A stretch of DNA of 32,000 nucleotides from positions 714,322 to 746,321 of the forward strand of contig NZ_CP097762.1 in the NCBI RefSeq assembly GCF_023585745.1, written 5' to 3'. How positions within the stretch are numbered: the first letter of the stretch is position 1; each line of letters begins with the position of its first letter. The stretch is from Candidatus Saccharimonadota bacterium (GTDB taxonomy: Bacteria; Pseudomonadota; Gammaproteobacteria; Enterobacterales; Enterobacteriaceae). A model generated the notes under the pieces. It was not told the origin of the DNA. It saw nothing but the letters and a program-made list of their open reading frames with translations, and searched no databases. Positions 1-10,950 of the stretch are shown piece after piece. A program made the translations under genes and the position numbers.

Positions 1-705
1 TAAAGTGTTTATGGCAATCTTTAGTTTATTATTTATTCGATCTTGCCATTCATTTTCTTCATTGGAAATAGTTATATTATCTTGTGAATAATATAGTACT
101 GCTGGAGTAGTTATCGTGGTTAAAAAATTTCGGTGATCTTCATCTGAAGGTTGCTCAAATGTCATATCTTGCGCGGCCATACGTGATTCCATTTCTCTTA
201 CGTCTTTACTAGTGACATTTAGTGTTTTTGCTACTATTTCAATTTCTCCTGCATTAAACCAACCTAAACGTTTTTTAGTTTTTCTTAAGTTGAAAAATAA
301 TTTTCTTTGTGCTTTAGTAGTTGCAATTTTTACTATTCTCCAGTTTTTTAAGACATATTCGTGTATTTCTGACTTAATCCAATGTACCGCAAAAGATACT
401 AAGCGCACATCTAGTTCTGGATTAAATCTACGCACAGCTTTCATTAAGCCAATGTTACCTTCCTGTATTAAATCAGCTTGTGGCAATCCATATCCCGAAT
501 AATTTCTCGCAACGTGTATAACAAATCTCAAATGTGAGACAATGAGTTTTTTTGCGGCGTCTAGATCGCCGTGGTAATATAAACGTTTAGCCAAGGATCG
601 TTCTTCTTCTGCTGTTAATACAGAATAAGTATTAGCTGTTCTTATGTAAGCTTCTAAGGTTCCTTGAGAGATTAAGGTTTTTCGATTTTGTATGTTTTTT
701 GGCAT
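1..705 (-). CDS. rpoH: RNA polymerase sigma-32 (heat-shock sigma factor), 5' part only; the C-terminus lies beyond the window edge
   Basis: Hand translation of the minus strand from the ATG at 705-703 gives [97 protein letters not shown]...[36 protein letters not shown]. This is open for 235 codons to base 1 and is collinear with E. coli RpoH regions 2.1-2.4 and the RpoH box. It is absent from the ORF track because it has no stop in the window. The 212..502 plus-strand ORF is its antisense shadow. Confidence 0.9.
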   Translation of the reverse strand, partial: MPKNIQNRKTLISQGTLEAYIRTANTYSVLTAEEERSLAKRLYYHGDLDAAKKLIVSHLRFVIHVARNYSGYGLPQADLIQEGNIGLMKAVRRFNPELDVRLVSFAVHWIKSEIHEYVLKNWRIVKIATTKAQRKLFFNLRKTKKRLGWFNAGEIEIVAKTLNVTSKDVREMESRMAAQDMTFEQPSDEDHRNFLTTITTPAVLYYSQDNITISNEENEWQDRINNKLKIAINTL

Positions 706-1213
706 CTATACTCCTGAAATTTCATGTATGCAAAAATTATTATTAGTGTAATAAGTTTTGGTAAGAATTTTAAATTTTATACCAAGCGTGTGAATCATGA
801 TTATAGTTACATTAATTAATGGAATTATAACATGATTATTATTGATATAACTGTTAATTTCATGATATTTGAATTGTTCATAATTTGTAATTAGTTATAA
901 ATATTTGATTCTTTATGTTATAGTGAAAGATATAAATAATTTATGATAAGTAAAATATTTAATAGTTTGAAATTGGATAGTTTATATAAAACTATATTGT
1001 ATTTTCATGCATAAAAAGTTAATGTATATATTTTTCAGTTTTATTATTTATTACTTAATAAGTAAAAAATTGATTTTTTTAAAATTGATTTTCTAATACA
1101 GAAATATAGATTACAGTATAAGCATACTGAAAAATAATAAATGTATGCTTTAGATTTCCTACAGTTAAAGAGCATTTTTAAATACAGTTAGTATGTGGAT
1201 TTAAAGATTAGTT

Positions 1214-2146
1214 TTATTTTGACAAAATAGCTTCAACAAAATCATGTGGTTTAAATGGTTGTAAATCATTAATATTTTGTCCTATTCCAATATACCGTAT
1301 TGGAATAGAAAAGTGATCTGCTATGGACAACAATGTCCCCCCTTTAGCACTGCCATCTAATTTCGTCATTATAATACCGGTTATGTTGATAACATCATGA
1401 AAAATATGTACTTGATTAATAGAGTTTTGTCCAGTATTAGCATCGAGAACTAGTATAGTTTCTTGTGGAGCTTGGGGATTTATTTTTTTTATGACTTTAA
1501 CAATTTTTTTTAGTTCCGAAATTGCATGGAGTTGATTTTGTAATCTGCCTGCAGTGTCTATAATTAATAAATCTGCAGATTTTAATTGCGCTATTTTAAT
1601 AGCTTTAAATATTACGGCAGCAGGGTCAGAAGTAGTATAATTTTTTATTATTTCATTACAACCGCTGCGTTTTCCTAAAATTTCTAGTTGATCTATTGCT
1701 GCTAATCTGCTAGTATCACCTGCAGCTAGTATGACTTTTTTTCCCCCTAATTGGTAATGATAAGCTAATTTTCCAACAGTGGTAGTTTTACCTGATCCGT
1801 TTACTCCAATCATTAATATAATAAATGGTTTTTGTGTGTCTGGTATAAGTAATGGTTTATTAGAAGAGTTGATTATTTTTAGCATTTCATCCTGTAATAT
1901 TTGATAAAATAAATTTTTGTTACAATTTATATTGGTATGAATGTAATTTTTTAAATTATTGATGATTTTTTGAGTAGTTTGGATACTTACATCTGCGAGT
2001 AATAATTGATGTTCAATATTATTAAGTAATGTAGTGTCAATTTTTTTTTGTCCATATATCAAATTAATAATATTGTCTCCTATTTTTTTTCGGGTATTTA
2101 ATAAGGTCTTTTTTAATGTATTTAAAAAATTATTTTTATAGTTCAT
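1214..2146 (-). CDS. ftsY: Signal recognition particle receptor FtsY, NG domain only
   Basis: Contains GVNGSGKTTTVGKLA (P-loop), DTAGRLQN, TKLDGSAKGG and IPIRYIGIGQNINDLQPF, collinear with the E. coli FtsY NG domain. The start was moved to the ATG at 2146 (MNYKNNF), which is preceded by AAGGA; the track start at 2170 is a TTG. Confidence 0.93.
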   Translation of the reverse strand: MNYKNNFLNTLKKTLLNTRKKIGDNIINLIYGQKKIDTTLLNNIEHQLLLADVSIQTTQKIINNLKNYIHTNINCNKNLFYQILQDEMLKIINSSNKPLLIPDTQKPFIILMIGVNGSGKTTTVGKLAYHYQLGGKKVILAAGDTSRLAAIDQLEILGKRSGCNEIIKNYTTSDPAAVIFKAIKIAQLKSADLLIIDTAGRLQNQLHAISELKKIVKVIKKINPQAPQETILVLDANTGQNSINQVHIFHDVINITGIIMTKLDGSAKGGTLLSIADHFSIPIRYIGIGQNINDLQPFKPHDFVEAILSK

Positions 2147-2526
2147 ATAGATTCCTTTAATTAGTACCAATATATAAATTTTAAGTTAATTTATTACGCA
2201 CGAATTACCTTATAAAGGTTTATACTGCTCGAATATAAGATATTATATAGTTTTATAGTAGTAGTTTTGATTATTTTTTGTACAGTGATTTAAATATATT
2301 TAAGATGATAATTAATTATATAGTATATGTTGCGCGCTAAAATTAGTAGTTAATGATTAATTATAAGTATATGAAATTTATAAAAAGTATGTACAATTTT
2401 GATAAACATTTGTTTATAGAGTAGTGTTGCGTAAATAGAAATTTATTAAGAAATTATTAATTTTGATAAAGATATATTTCTGATATAAGAAAAATTATAA
2501 ATCTATAAATAATCAGAGGTATAAAT

Positions 2527-3093
2527 ATGTTTGGTACAATTAGAATTACTGGAGGCAAGTGGAAAGGGCGTAAAGTATTTGTTGGAAAAGATTCTCAAGT
2601 TCGTCCAACTACTAATCGTATTCGTGAAATGTTATTTGATTGGTTAAATCCTATTATTTTTAAATCTCTATGTTTAGATTGTTTTGCTGGTAGCGGAGCA
2701 TTAGGTCTAGAATCATTATCTAGAGGAGCCAATAAAGTGACTTTTTTAGATATAGATTATACTTGCATTAAAAGATTATTAGAGGTGACTAGATTATTTT
2801 TAGTATTGAATAGTAATGTTATATGTATTGATTGTTGCACATGGTTAAAAAAATCAACTGAAATATACAATGTGGTTTTTATTGATCCTCCGTTTCAGAA
2901 TAATGATTTAATAACTAAAGTTATCAACTTATTAGAGAAATATAATCGTTTGTCAACGGAATCTTGGATTTATGTAGAGAATTTAAGATACAAATATACT
3001 CAACATACATATATAGTTCCAGCTAATTGGGATTTATATAAGAAAAAAGATACTAAAAGAATTACGTGTAGTTTGTTTTGCAGAACATCATAA
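2527..3093 (+). CDS. rsmD: 16S rRNA (guanine966-N2)-methyltransferase RsmD (YhhF)
   Basis: IRITGGKWKGRK..VRPTTNRIREMLFDWL..CLDCFAGSGALGLESLSRGA..VFIDPPF matches E. coli RsmD motifs. GAGGT lies upstream of the ATG. The gene is divergent from ftsY, as in E. coli. Confidence 0.85.
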   Translation: MFGTIRITGGKWKGRKVFVGKDSQVRPTTNRIREMLFDWLNPIIFKSLCLDCFAGSGALGLESLSRGANKVTFLDIDYTCIKRLLEVTRLFLVLNSNVICIDCCTWLKKSTEIYNVVFIDPPFQNNDLITKVINLLEKYNRLSTESWIYVENLRYKYTQHTYIVPANWDLYKKKDTKRITCSLFCRTS

Positions 3094-3129
3094 CTATATA
3101 TTATTAGTGGCATATAATATATAGTTATG
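3089..3129. terminator. 16 bp perfect AT-rich hairpin between convergent rsmD and pgi; candidate bidirectional terminator
   Basis: Left arm 3089-3104 (cataactatatattat) is the exact reverse complement of right arm 3114-3129 (ataatatatagttatg), with a 9 nt loop. The left arm overlaps the rsmD TAA stop (3091-3093). Confidence 0.5.
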
Positions 3130-3220
3130 TTTATAACAAAATTTTTGTTGTATATAACTTTCATTGTACATATGATGATACAATCATATATTTAGCTGTT
3201 TTAAATAATTTGTATAAATT

Positions 3221-4876
3221 TTAATTACTCCAAGATTTATAAACTTTAATTAATTCATAAGATGAACTGTCATAATGATTAGTAAAAATTAAATTTTTAT
3301 GTTTTATCTTTGGGAGAATACTGCTGGATAATTGTTTCCCCAATTCGACGCCCCATTGGTCGAAGGTATAAATATTTAGTATGATGCCTTGGGTAAATAT
3401 TTTATGTTCATACAACGCAATTAGCGCTCCTAAAGTATAAGGGGTAATTTTTTTAATTAATATAGAATTACTAGGGTTATTTCCTTTACATGTTTTAAAG
3501 GGAATTAAATTTTTTGCATGTATGTCATGCATGCTTATTTCTTGCTGTATATCTATTGTTGTTTTGCCAAAGGCTAAAGCTTTAGTTTGAGCAATAAAAT
3601 TTGATACTAATTTTTCATGATGATCAGAGATAGACACGTGACTATTTATTGGTATTATAAAATCGCATGGAACCATCTTTGTTCCTTGATGTAATAATTG
3701 GTAAAAAGAGTGTTGCCCGTTCGTACCTGTTTCACCCCATATAATTGGTCCAGTTTGATATGTAACAGGTAATCCGTTGCGGTCTGTACATTTTCCGTTA
3801 GATTCCATGTTTAATTGTTGTAAATATGCTGTGAAACGATGCATGTATTGATCGTATGGTAATACTGCTTCAGTTTCTGTGTGAAAGAAATTATTGTACC
3901 AAATTCCAATAAGAGCTAATATGACAGGCAGGTTTTTATTAAAAGGTGTATGGTAAAAATGTGTATCCATAGCATGAGCGCCAGTAAGTAATTCTTCAAA
4001 ATTATCTGGTCCTAATGACAGCATAATAGATAATCCAATAGAGGACCACAAAGAATAACGTCCGCCTACCCAATCCCAAAGTTTGAACATGTTTGTTATT
4101 GGATTAATACCAAATCGGTTTACTTCTGTGGTATTTGTAGATAACGCTATGAAATGTTTAGAGATGTTTTCTTGGTGATGATTTTTAATGTTTTTTAAAA
4201 ACCAATGACGCGCACTATGTGCGTTAGTCATAGTTTCTTGAGTAGTGAAAGTTTTTGACGCTATTATAAATAGCGTAGTTTCTGGATGTAAATTTTTAAG
4301 CGTTTCGAAAATTTGGGTACCATCCACATTAGAAATAAAATGTATGTTCAAATGGTTTTTGTAGGGTGTTAATGCTTCGGTTACCATGTGAGGACCGAGA
4401 TTAGAGCCACCAATTCCTATATTTATAATATCTGTAATTTTTTTGTTTGTATAACCTGTCCATTTTCCTTGAATCACGGAATTACAGAATTGTTTCATTT
4501 TTTTTAACATTGTATTGATTTTCGGCATGATGTCGTATGCATCTACTAGAATAGGTGTGTTTTTTCTATTTCTTAGGGCTATATGCAATACAGCACGGTT
4601 TTCAGTTCGGTTAATTTTTTTTCCACAGAACATATCAGAAATAGCGTTTGTAAGATCACATTCTATTGCTAAAGATATAAGATATCTGATAGTTTCTTCT
4701 GTGATTAAATTTTTGGAGTAATCAATTAATATTTCATTTTCGAACATTTCAGAGAAACTAGAAAATCTAGTTTTGTCTTGTTGAAATAAAGTAGAAATTG
4801 ATGTATTTTTTATTTTTGAGAAATGTTGTTTTAAATATTTCCAAGATGTAGTTTTAGTGGGGTTAATATTTTTCAT
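3221..4876 (-). CDS. pgi: Glucose-6-phosphate isomerase
   Basis: [19 protein letters not shown] aligns with the E. coli Pgi N-terminus MKNINPTQTAAWQALQKHF. Also present are [36 protein letters not shown] and [11 protein letters not shown]. The start was trimmed 14 codons from the ORF-track start at 4918. Confidence 0.95.
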   Translation of the reverse strand: MKNINPTKTTSWKYLKQHFSKIKNTSISTLFQQDKTRFSSFSEMFENEILIDYSKNLITEETIRYLISLAIECDLTNAISDMFCGKKINRTENRAVLHIALRNRKNTPILVDAYDIMPKINTMLKKMKQFCNSVIQGKWTGYTNKKITDIINIGIGGSNLGPHMVTEALTPYKNHLNIHFISNVDGTQIFETLKNLHPETTLFIIASKTFTTQETMTNAHSARHWFLKNIKNHHQENISKHFIALSTNTTEVNRFGINPITNMFKLWDWVGGRYSLWSSIGLSIMLSLGPDNFEELLTGAHAMDTHFYHTPFNKNLPVILALIGIWYNNFFHTETEAVLPYDQYMHRFTAYLQQLNMESNGKCTDRNGLPVTYQTGPIIWGETGTNGQHSFYQLLHQGTKMVPCDFIIPINSHVSISDHHEKLVSNFIAQTKALAFGKTTIDIQQEISMHDIHAKNLIPFKTCKGNNPSNSILIKKITPYTLGALIALYEHKIFTQGIILNIYTFDQWGVELGKQLSSSILPKIKHKNLIFTNHYDSSSYELIKVYKSWSN

Positions 4877-5193
4877 AATTTGTATTATTATTTTTATAAA
4901 TTTAGTTATAGAAAACATTTCATGTTAATTATTGCGTTATATGAAATTTTTTCAATTTTTTTCGAAGTTCATGATATGTGAACGTAATGGTTAATTATTT
5001 TAATATAAATACTTTATGTTAAGATAATATTGCAAATATATAAATTTAGACAATAAATTTTAATGTATTGGATGTTTTTTACAAAATTAATTTTTTATTG
5101 AATTTTATCTTATTTAGTTTTTATGTTTATGAAAAAGAAAATTATGTATTGTTATTATTTTAGTGTATTTAAAAGATTTAAAATAAATGTAGA

Positions 5194-5240
5194 TTTATGT
5201 ATTTTAGTGAAATTTTAATGAATTTATTTAAATACATAAA
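5194..5240 (-). terminator. 11 bp hairpin just downstream of the metA stop; possible metA terminator
   Basis: tttatgtattt (5194-5204) is the reverse complement of aaatacataaa (5230-5240), with a 25 nt loop. It is AT-only, so it is weak evidence in this composition. Confidence 0.3.
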
Positions 5241-5258
5241 CTTGAGTGAAAGTATTAT

Positions 5259-6143
5259 TTAATATACGTAATAATTTAACCAATTAGCAAATAATAAATA
5301 TGCGTGGCTTCTCCAAGTAATTTTTGGAGTTAATTTTGGATTATTTTGAGGAAAATAATTATCAGGTAGTGACGGATTTAATCCTAAATTAATATCACGA
5401 AAATATTCTTGTGATAACGTTTGAGCATCGTATTCAGGGTGTCCTGTTAAAAATATCAGTTTTTTATTTTCGTTAATCATTAGATAAACACCAGCTTCAT
5501 CAGATTCTGCTAAAATTTTTAAATCTGTATTTTGATAAATTAGGTCTTTTGGGAAATCTGAATAATGAGAATGTGGAGCCATGAATATTGTGTCAAATCC
5601 TTTTGTTAAAGCAGTATAAGTATTTGTAGTATGATGTTGATAAATTCCAACTATTTTTTTTTTTCGAACGCATTGCGGAAAATTATATAATATTTTTAAG
5701 GCTGCTTGGGTCGCCCAACATACAAATAAAATGGAAGTGATATGTTCTTTTGCCCATAAAATTAATTGCTTAATTTGAGGCCAAAATGTTATCTTAGAGA
5801 ATTCAATTAGCCCCAAGGGAGCTCCAGTAATTATAAGGCCATCAAATTCTTGATATTTTACATCTGTAAAGTTACAATAAAATTTATTTATGTGTTCGGA
5901 AGGTGTGTTTTTGGAAATATGGTTATCTATGCGTAGCAGTTGGATATCAATTTGTAAAGGAGAATAAGACAATAGTCGTAAAAATTGATTTTCTGTTTCA
6001 ATTTTTTTTGGCATTAAGTTGAGAATTAATATTTTTAGTGAACGAATTTTTTGAAAAATGTCCCGCGATTTTTGCATTATGAAAATATTTTCTTTTTTCA
6101 ATGATTGAACCGCAGGCAATTCGTCTAATACCCGAATCGTCAT
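5259..6143 (-). CDS. metA: Homoserine O-succinyltransferase
   Basis: [89 protein letters not shown] is collinear with E. coli MetA. Confidence 0.93.
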   Translation of the reverse strand: MTIRVLDELPAVQSLKKENIFIMQKSRDIFQKIRSLKILILNLMPKKIETENQFLRLLSYSPLQIDIQLLRIDNHISKNTPSEHINKFYCNFTDVKYQEFDGLIITGAPLGLIEFSKITFWPQIKQLILWAKEHITSILFVCWATQAALKILYNFPQCVRKKKIVGIYQHHTTNTYTALTKGFDTIFMAPHSHYSDFPKDLIYQNTDLKILAESDEAGVYLMINENKKLIFLTGHPEYDAQTLSQEYFRDINLGLNPSLPDNYFPQNNPKLTPKITWRSHAYLLFANWLNYYVY

Positions 6144-6421
6144 ATTATTACAACCTTAGTACAAAAAATATATGTAAGATGTATATCTTAATTTATATCG
6201 TGTATCTTGTGTATTTTTTATAGAAATTTTTAAAAATATATAAATTTATGTTAAATAATCTGGATAAGAATTTATGGTATTAAAAATAATAAACTCACTT
6301 TATTCCTGAGGGTTTCAGGATATTGAAATTATTTATACAAGAATACTGAATAACACTTAGTTTAGTTTATTTTTTTCATGGAATATTTATGTTTTATAAA
6401 TGCTTATTCTATTATTAGATA

Positions 6422-6496
<75 letters not shown>

Positions 6497-7056
6497 ATAT
6501 ATATAATACTATATAGAGAAATTATATATATATTTTCAATATCGTATTTAATTTATATATTAATTATTTAAATTATCTGTGTGAATAATTATGTATTAAG
6601 TGCATATCCAGATATTTTTATCGCAAAAATATTCCGTAATTATAGCACAATTGATTACTTTAATTCAAGTGATTATGTTGTTTTAGTTTTTATAATTAAT
6701 TTAATTAATATTAATTATTTTTAATGATTCATTATATTTAAATTTTGAAATATGTTAATTAACTTTTATTGATTAGTATTATTTTAATATTTGAATTAGT
6801 ATATAATAAATATTATTAAATAATATTTAATGTTGTTCTATAAAAAACAATGTTTTTATTGAGTTTTTTATGATTTTTGACATAATATAATTTTTAGATT
6901 AGATAAATAATTTTTAGAATTATTATTGTTTTTGTGAATTGAGATTGTAATTGCATATGCGAATTATATTATATAACTATAAGGGCTCATCGATAATTAA
7001 TTTTACCTTTAATTATTATATTATTAATTAATAAAAACATTAGGATTGTATTGTTT
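6497..7056. other. Very AT-rich non-coding spacer next to mnmG; candidate (possibly vestigial) chromosomal replication origin region
   Basis: oriC lies directly beside mnmG (gidA) in Enterobacterales. Gene orientation switches here: mostly minus to the left, and plus from mnmG through glmU to the right. TGTGAATAA at 6580-6588 fits the relaxed DnaA box TTATNCACA on the minus strand. The 12-mer ATAATTTTTAGA occurs twice (6887-6898 and 6907-6918). There is no ORF of 60 aa or more. Confidence 0.35.
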
Positions 7057-8964
7057 ATGTATTGTTCTAGTAAATTTGATGTTATTGTTGTTGGAGGGGG
7101 TCATGCAGGAACAGAGGCGGCTTTAGCTTCTGCTCGGATGAAATGTAATACTTTATTAATTACTCATAATATCGATATGCTTGGACAAATGTCTTGTAAC
7201 CCAGCAATAGGCGGTATAGGAAAAGGGCATTTAGTAAAAGAAATTGATGCAATGGGTGGAGTTATGGCTTATGCAATAGATAGGTCAGGTATACAATTTA
7301 GAATATTGAATAATACTAAGGGTGCTGCTGTTAGAGCGACAAGAGCACAAGCGGATAAAATTTTGTATCGTCAGATAATACGCAACATTTTAGAATATCA
7401 AGAATTTTTACATATTATTCAAGGATCAGTAGAAGATTTAATAATTGTTGACAATAAAATTATTGGAGTGGTTGCGCCTAGAATAGGAGTTAAATTTTAT
7501 GCTAGGTCTGTAGTACTGACAACAGGCACATTTCTTAATGGGAAAATACATATTGGTATGAAGAGTTTTAGTGGCGGGCGATCTGGAGATACAGAGTCAT
7601 CTACATTGTTATCGGAGCGACTAAAAAATCTATCGTTTCGAATAGGTCGTCTAAAAACTGGTACTTCTCCTAGAATACATTCTAGAAATATTAATTTTGA
7701 TATATTAAATATTCAATATAGTGATGATCCTGTGCCTGTATTTTCATTTATTGGATCAGAAACACAACATCCTGAGCAAGTACCATGTTATATTACGCAT
7801 ACTAATCATGAAACGCATGAGATAGTGAAATCAAATTTGCATCAAAGCCCTATATATACTGGATTAGTACAAGGTAAATCACCAAGGTATTGTCCATCTA
7901 TAGAAGATAAAATTATACGTTTTTCAGATAGAAATTCTCATCAAGTTTTTTTAGAACCAGAAGGATTAAGCACCCCAGAAGTTTATCTGAATGGTATTTC
8001 TACAAGTTTACCATTTGATGTGCAAAAAAAAATAATTAAATCTATTAAAGGTTTAGAAAATGCTAATATTACTAGACCGGGTTATGCAATTGAATATGAT
8101 TTTTTTGACCCTCGTGATTTAAAGTTAACGTTAGAAAGTAAATTGATTGTTGGTTTATTTTTTTCTGGACAGATCAATGGTACCACTGGGTATGAAGAAG
8201 CTGCTGCCCAAGGATTGCTAGCAGGTATTAATGCGGCAAGATTTGCTAAAAATAAAGAGGGATGGTATCCGAGAAGAGATCAGGCTTATTTAGGAGTGCT
8301 TGTAGATGATTTATGCACGCATGGTACTGAAGAACCATATCGTATGTTTACTGCTCGAGCAGAATATCGTTTATCTTTACGAGAAGACAATGCAGACTTG
8401 CGATTAACTGAAATTGCAAGAAACTTAGGTTTAATAGATGATATACGGTGGAAAAAGTTTTGCATGAAAAAAGAAAGTATTGAAAAAGAACGGCAAAGAC
8501 TGCGTGGTATTTATATTTTTCCGTGTAGCCCAGAAATAACGAAATTAAATAATTTTCTTAAGTCACCTTTGACACGTGAGATTAATGGGGAAGAGTTGTT
8601 AAGAAGACCAGAAATTGATTATATTAAATTATCTCGATTAAATACTTTTTTTCCGTCTATTTTAACTATAGATAAAAAAGTATTAGAACAAATCGAAATT
8701 CAGATTAAGTATGAGGGATACATTCATCGTCAAACAGAAGAGATAGCAAAGCATATTTTTAATGAAAGCGTTCTATTACCTGCCGATATAGATTTTAATA
8801 GTATTTTTGGTTTATCTAAAGAAGTAGTTGAAAAGCTTAATAATTGCAGACCTTATTCTGTCGGACAAGCTTCTAGAATTTCTGGCGTTACTCCCGCAGC
8901 TATTTCTAATTTACTAGTTTGGTTAAAAAAACAAGGTTTATTAATTAAAAGTAATATGTATTGA
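7057..8964 (+). CDS. mnmG: tRNA uridine 5-carboxymethylaminomethyl modification enzyme MnmG (GidA)
   Basis: [80 protein letters not shown] is collinear with E. coli MnmG. The ATG at 7057 follows AGGA; the track start at 7051 is a TTG. Confidence 0.95.
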   Translation: MYCSSKFDVIVVGGGHAGTEAALASARMKCNTLLITHNIDMLGQMSCNPAIGGIGKGHLVKEIDAMGGVMAYAIDRSGIQFRILNNTKGAAVRATRAQADKILYRQIIRNILEYQEFLHIIQGSVEDLIIVDNKIIGVVAPRIGVKFYARSVVLTTGTFLNGKIHIGMKSFSGGRSGDTESSTLLSERLKNLSFRIGRLKTGTSPRIHSRNINFDILNIQYSDDPVPVFSFIGSETQHPEQVPCYITHTNHETHEIVKSNLHQSPIYTGLVQGKSPRYCPSIEDKIIRFSDRNSHQVFLEPEGLSTPEVYLNGISTSLPFDVQKKIIKSIKGLENANITRPGYAIEYDFFDPRDLKLTLESKLIVGLFFSGQINGTTGYEEAAAQGLLAGINAARFAKNKEGWYPRRDQAYLGVLVDDLCTHGTEEPYRMFTARAEYRLSLREDNADLRLTEIARNLGLIDDIRWKKFCMKKESIEKERQRLRGIYIFPCSPEITKLNNFLKSPLTREINGEELLRRPEIDYIKLSRLNTFFPSILTIDKKVLEQIEIQIKYEGYIHRQTEEIAKHIFNESVLLPADIDFNSIFGLSKEVVEKLNNCRPYSVGQASRISGVTPAAISNLLVWLKKQGLLIKSNMY

Positions 8965-9055
8965 AATACATAGATTTTAACAAAATTAACACAATGTTTT
9001 ATTGATGTTATCATGTATATGTAGACTGTTTATATAGTGTTATTTATATTTAGTA

Positions 9056-9074
9056 GTCCTAATTAAATTAGGAC
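9056..9074 (+). terminator. Short hairpin downstream of mnmG; possible terminator
   Basis: gtcctaattaaattaggac gives a 7 bp stem (gtcctaa/ttaggac) with a 5 nt loop, one of the few G/C-containing stems in this spacer. No clear T-run follows. Confidence 0.3.
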
Positions 9075-9264
9075 GGGATACATAAAAGTTATATATTTAT
9101 TTGTATTTTTTATCGGTTTAGATGATAAGTTGATATGTTTGTTTATCTAAAAAATTGATTTAATATTAATTTTATAAGAAATATATAAAGTGTATATTTT
9201 TTAATCAGTACTAATTATGTTCTCAGTATGTAATAGTTTTGTGACTACTAAATTAGTTGTATAA

Positions 9265-10104
<840 letters not shown>

Positions 10105-10130
10105 GATTAATAATAAATCTTATGTTATAA

Positions 10131-10400
<270 letters not shown>

Positions 10401-10467
10401 TTATTAATGATAAAGTATATATGTAATGTATTATTTAGTTTTTTATTAAATTTTGGGATTATATATT

Positions 10468-10950
10468 GTGAATATTAATGCAACTATATTAGGCCAAGCT
10501 ATTTCGTTTATTTTATTTGTTTGGTTTTGTATGAAATATGTTTGGGCTCCATTTATGTCTATTATTGAAAAGCGCCGAAAGGAAATAGCTGATGATTTTG
10601 CTGTAGCTAAACGTGTTAGACAGGAATCTGATAATGCTAATGTTGCAGCGAAAATTTGTTTAACCCAGGCACGAATTAGAGCTAAAGAAATTATTACTCA
10701 GGCAAATATGTGTAGAACACGTATTCTGGATGAAGCTAAAAATATAGCAGAAAAAGAATATAATAAATTTTTATCTAAGGCAAGAGAACAAATTGCCCAT
10801 GAAAGGCAGTGTGTTTCAGCAGAATTAAAAAAACAAGTTGGTCAACTTATTATTGAAAGTGTAGAAAAAATCATAGAATGTTCTATGAATGAGACAATAA
10901 ATTCAGATATCGTCAATAAAGTAATTGATACATTATCATATGAGGATTAG
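10468..10950 (+). CDS. atpF: F0F1 ATP synthase subunit b
   Basis: [36 protein letters not shown] aligns with E. coli [26 protein letters not shown]. A GTG start at 10468 is inferred from that alignment; the track starts at a TTG at 10453. Confidence 0.9.
   Translation: [160 protein letters not shown]

Noticed and set aside
212-502. 96-aa ORF on the plus strand
   Set aside because: It lies entirely antisense to the clearly conserved rpoH reading frame (1..705, minus strand). The product is low-complexity and resembles no family, so it is a shadow ORF.
1120-1150. 8 bp hairpin (aagcatac / gtatgctt, 15 nt loop) downstream of ftsY
   Set aside because: The stem is short, the loop is long, and no T-run follows on the transcribed strand. 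That is too weak to call a terminator.
2395-2470. 12-mer aattttgataaa repeated 64 bp apart in the ftsY/rsmD divergent spacer, and a 12-mer aaaattgatttt tandem pair at 1066-1092
   Set aside because: These are short AT-rich repeats in low-complexity spacers. I cannot separate them from chance or slippage without a genome-wide k-mer background.
4515-4721. Antisense ORFs of 60-96 aa inside conserved genes: 4515..4721, 9248..9481, 11510..11800, 11517..11705, 13450..13632, 15988..16185, 17132..17389, 18183..18446, 21998..22234, 23405..23614, 26740..26934, 28101..28289 and 28760..28942
   Set aside because: Each lies wholly or mostly opposite a strongly conserved CDS (pgi, atpB, atpA, atpG, glmU, mnmE, dnaN, gyrB, the permease, glyQ, glyS); 9248..9481, 11510..11800, 11517..11705 and 28760..28942 also run into the adjacent short spacer. 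None has a recognisable motif or a Shine-Dalgarno sequence. Stop-poor antisense frames are expected opposite AT-rich coding sequence.
4877-4918. N-terminal extensions in the ORF track for pgi, ftsY (2147-2170), mnmG (7051-7056), atpB (9268-9288), atpF (10453-10467), glmU (15956-16009), dnaN (21843-21878) and gyrB (23277-23294)
   Set aside because: Alignment to remembered E. coli N-termini places the real starts at internal ATG or GTG codons that also have better Shine-Dalgarno motifs. The extensions are low-complexity read-through of upstream spacer, often from TTG.
6259-6267. tctggataa (reverse complement TTATCCAGA, 8/9 to the strict DnaA box TTATCCACA) between metA and tRNA-Ile
   Set aside because: It is a single mismatched site outside the mnmG-proximal spacer, with no clustering. 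On its own it is not informative.
6807-6829. 23 bp A/T-only palindrome (taaatattatt a aataatattta) in the mnmG-proximal spacer
   Set aside because: It consists only of A and T, within a stretch that is almost pure A/T, so chance occurrence is plausible. I mention it only as context for the candidate origin region.
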